From positions 1 to 64,000 of the forward strand of contig CAUYUJ010000184.1 in NCBI GenBank assembly GCA_963575745.1: a stretch of 64,000 nucleotides of DNA, written 5' to 3'. Shown here piece by piece: positions 63,249 through 64,000 of the stretch (its first letter is position 1; each line of letters opens with the position of its first letter). Origin of the DNA: Prorocentrum cordatum. Lineage: Eukaryota. Under the pieces are notes generated by a model. The model saw nothing but the letters and a program-made list of their open reading frames with translations. It had not been told where the DNA came from and did not search any database. A program made the translations under genes and the position numbers.

Positions 63249-64000
63249 TGGCTGAGCTGCCACCAGTTGGCGGAGGGCCTCTCTGGCCCGAGCTCTACCC
63301 ATTCGCAGCTCCCACGGCTCGCGACTACGCACGATGGCGCCTAGACGAAGGCGACACCAGCTGGGCAGCTATCCCCCTCGCGTCTCGGGAAGGGGGCATA
63401 CTTCTGGCCCTGCCTGGCGCCTTTCGCTCTTCGGCGGAGCTCGAGGCTGCCGAGGCGGGTGGCTTTACGGGAATGCTAGGCCCTTTTCAGCTGGTGGACA
63501 TCCAGCTCCTGGGTGCCGCTTCACGGCCGCTCGCCACTACCGCATCCGTCCTCGTCATAGATATCGAGGTTGCAGAGCTCGAGCTCGAGTCGCTTTACCC
63601 TCTGGAAGTCGGCGCGGACGCTGGCATCGTTCCCTTCGCCGAGGTGCGCGGCCGCGTCTACTGGCCACATCCTTCGGGGGTTCGGGTGCTTCGCGAGGGC
63701 TACGCACGCTTGCACGGCGCTCCTCCTACCGCAGGGGAAGAGCCGCTCCCAGGGGCCGATCGAGCTACTCTCTATCAATCCGCCGACGAGATGGAGGAGC
63801 CCGAGGGGTTCGCGGCCGATGGGGAAGCCGACCGCACGGTCCCAAGTGCGCGGTCCCCTGCGGACGCTGGAGTCCCACGCGGCCTACCCGCGAAGCGCGC
63901 AGCCACCGCCGTGCCGCCCAGGGTCGCGGGTCCCACTCCGATCGCTCCTGGCGCTCCCGCGGCGTCCCTGGACGACGGGGCCCCTATGACCCGTGCCGAA
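63248..64000 (+). CDS. Hypothetical protein, open to the window edge (>250 aa); probable first long ORF of a mobile element
   Basis: Manual translation has no stop: MAELPPVGGGPLWPELYPF...WAAIPLASREGGILLALPGAF...GMLGPFQLVDIQ...SVLVIDIE...YWPHP...TLYQSADE. It is absent from the track because it lacks a stop. Confidence 0.65.
   Translation, partial: MAELPPVGGGPLWPELYPFAAPTARDYARWRLDEGDTSWAAIPLASREGGILLALPGAFRSSAELEAAEAGGFTGMLGPFQLVDIQLLGAASRPLATTASVLVIDIEVAELELESLYPLEVGADAGIVPFAEVRGRVYWPHPSGVRVLREGYARLHGAPPTAGEEPLPGADRATLYQSADEMEEPEGFAADGEADRTVPSARSPADAGVPRGLPAKRAATAVPPRVAGPTPIAPGAPAASLDDGAPMTRAE

Overview
GC-rich, repeat-saturated eukaryotic DNA, with no host gene I can support. The style (huge GGA/GAT/TAG/GAC microsatellites, TGGCTCAAG motifs, RNase H-bearing LINEs) suggests a dinoflagellate, which is an inference. 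The real coding content is retroelement-derived. (1) A long open RT + zinc-finger + RNase H non-LTR ORF lies at ~15.95-20.04 kb. (2) A 5'-truncated RT/C2H2 non-LTR element at 40770-43651 carries a second, fully overlapping 245-aa ORF and a strongly folded ~290-nt 3' RNA, and sits between two copies of an ~800-bp direct repeat. This is the most unusual object in the window. (3) A decayed APE-RT-RNase H LINE lies on the minus strand at 25.4-32.3 kb, and there are three smaller LINE fragments. (4) A pair of TGATG-coupled ORFs runs off the right end. Between these are many non-autonomous DNA elements: MITEs with 8-, 5- or 3-bp flanking duplications, and two families with asymmetric, copy-specific (co-varying) inverted repeats resembling Helentron/Helitron2 ends. 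Almost all other ORFs in the track are microsatellite or GC artefacts.
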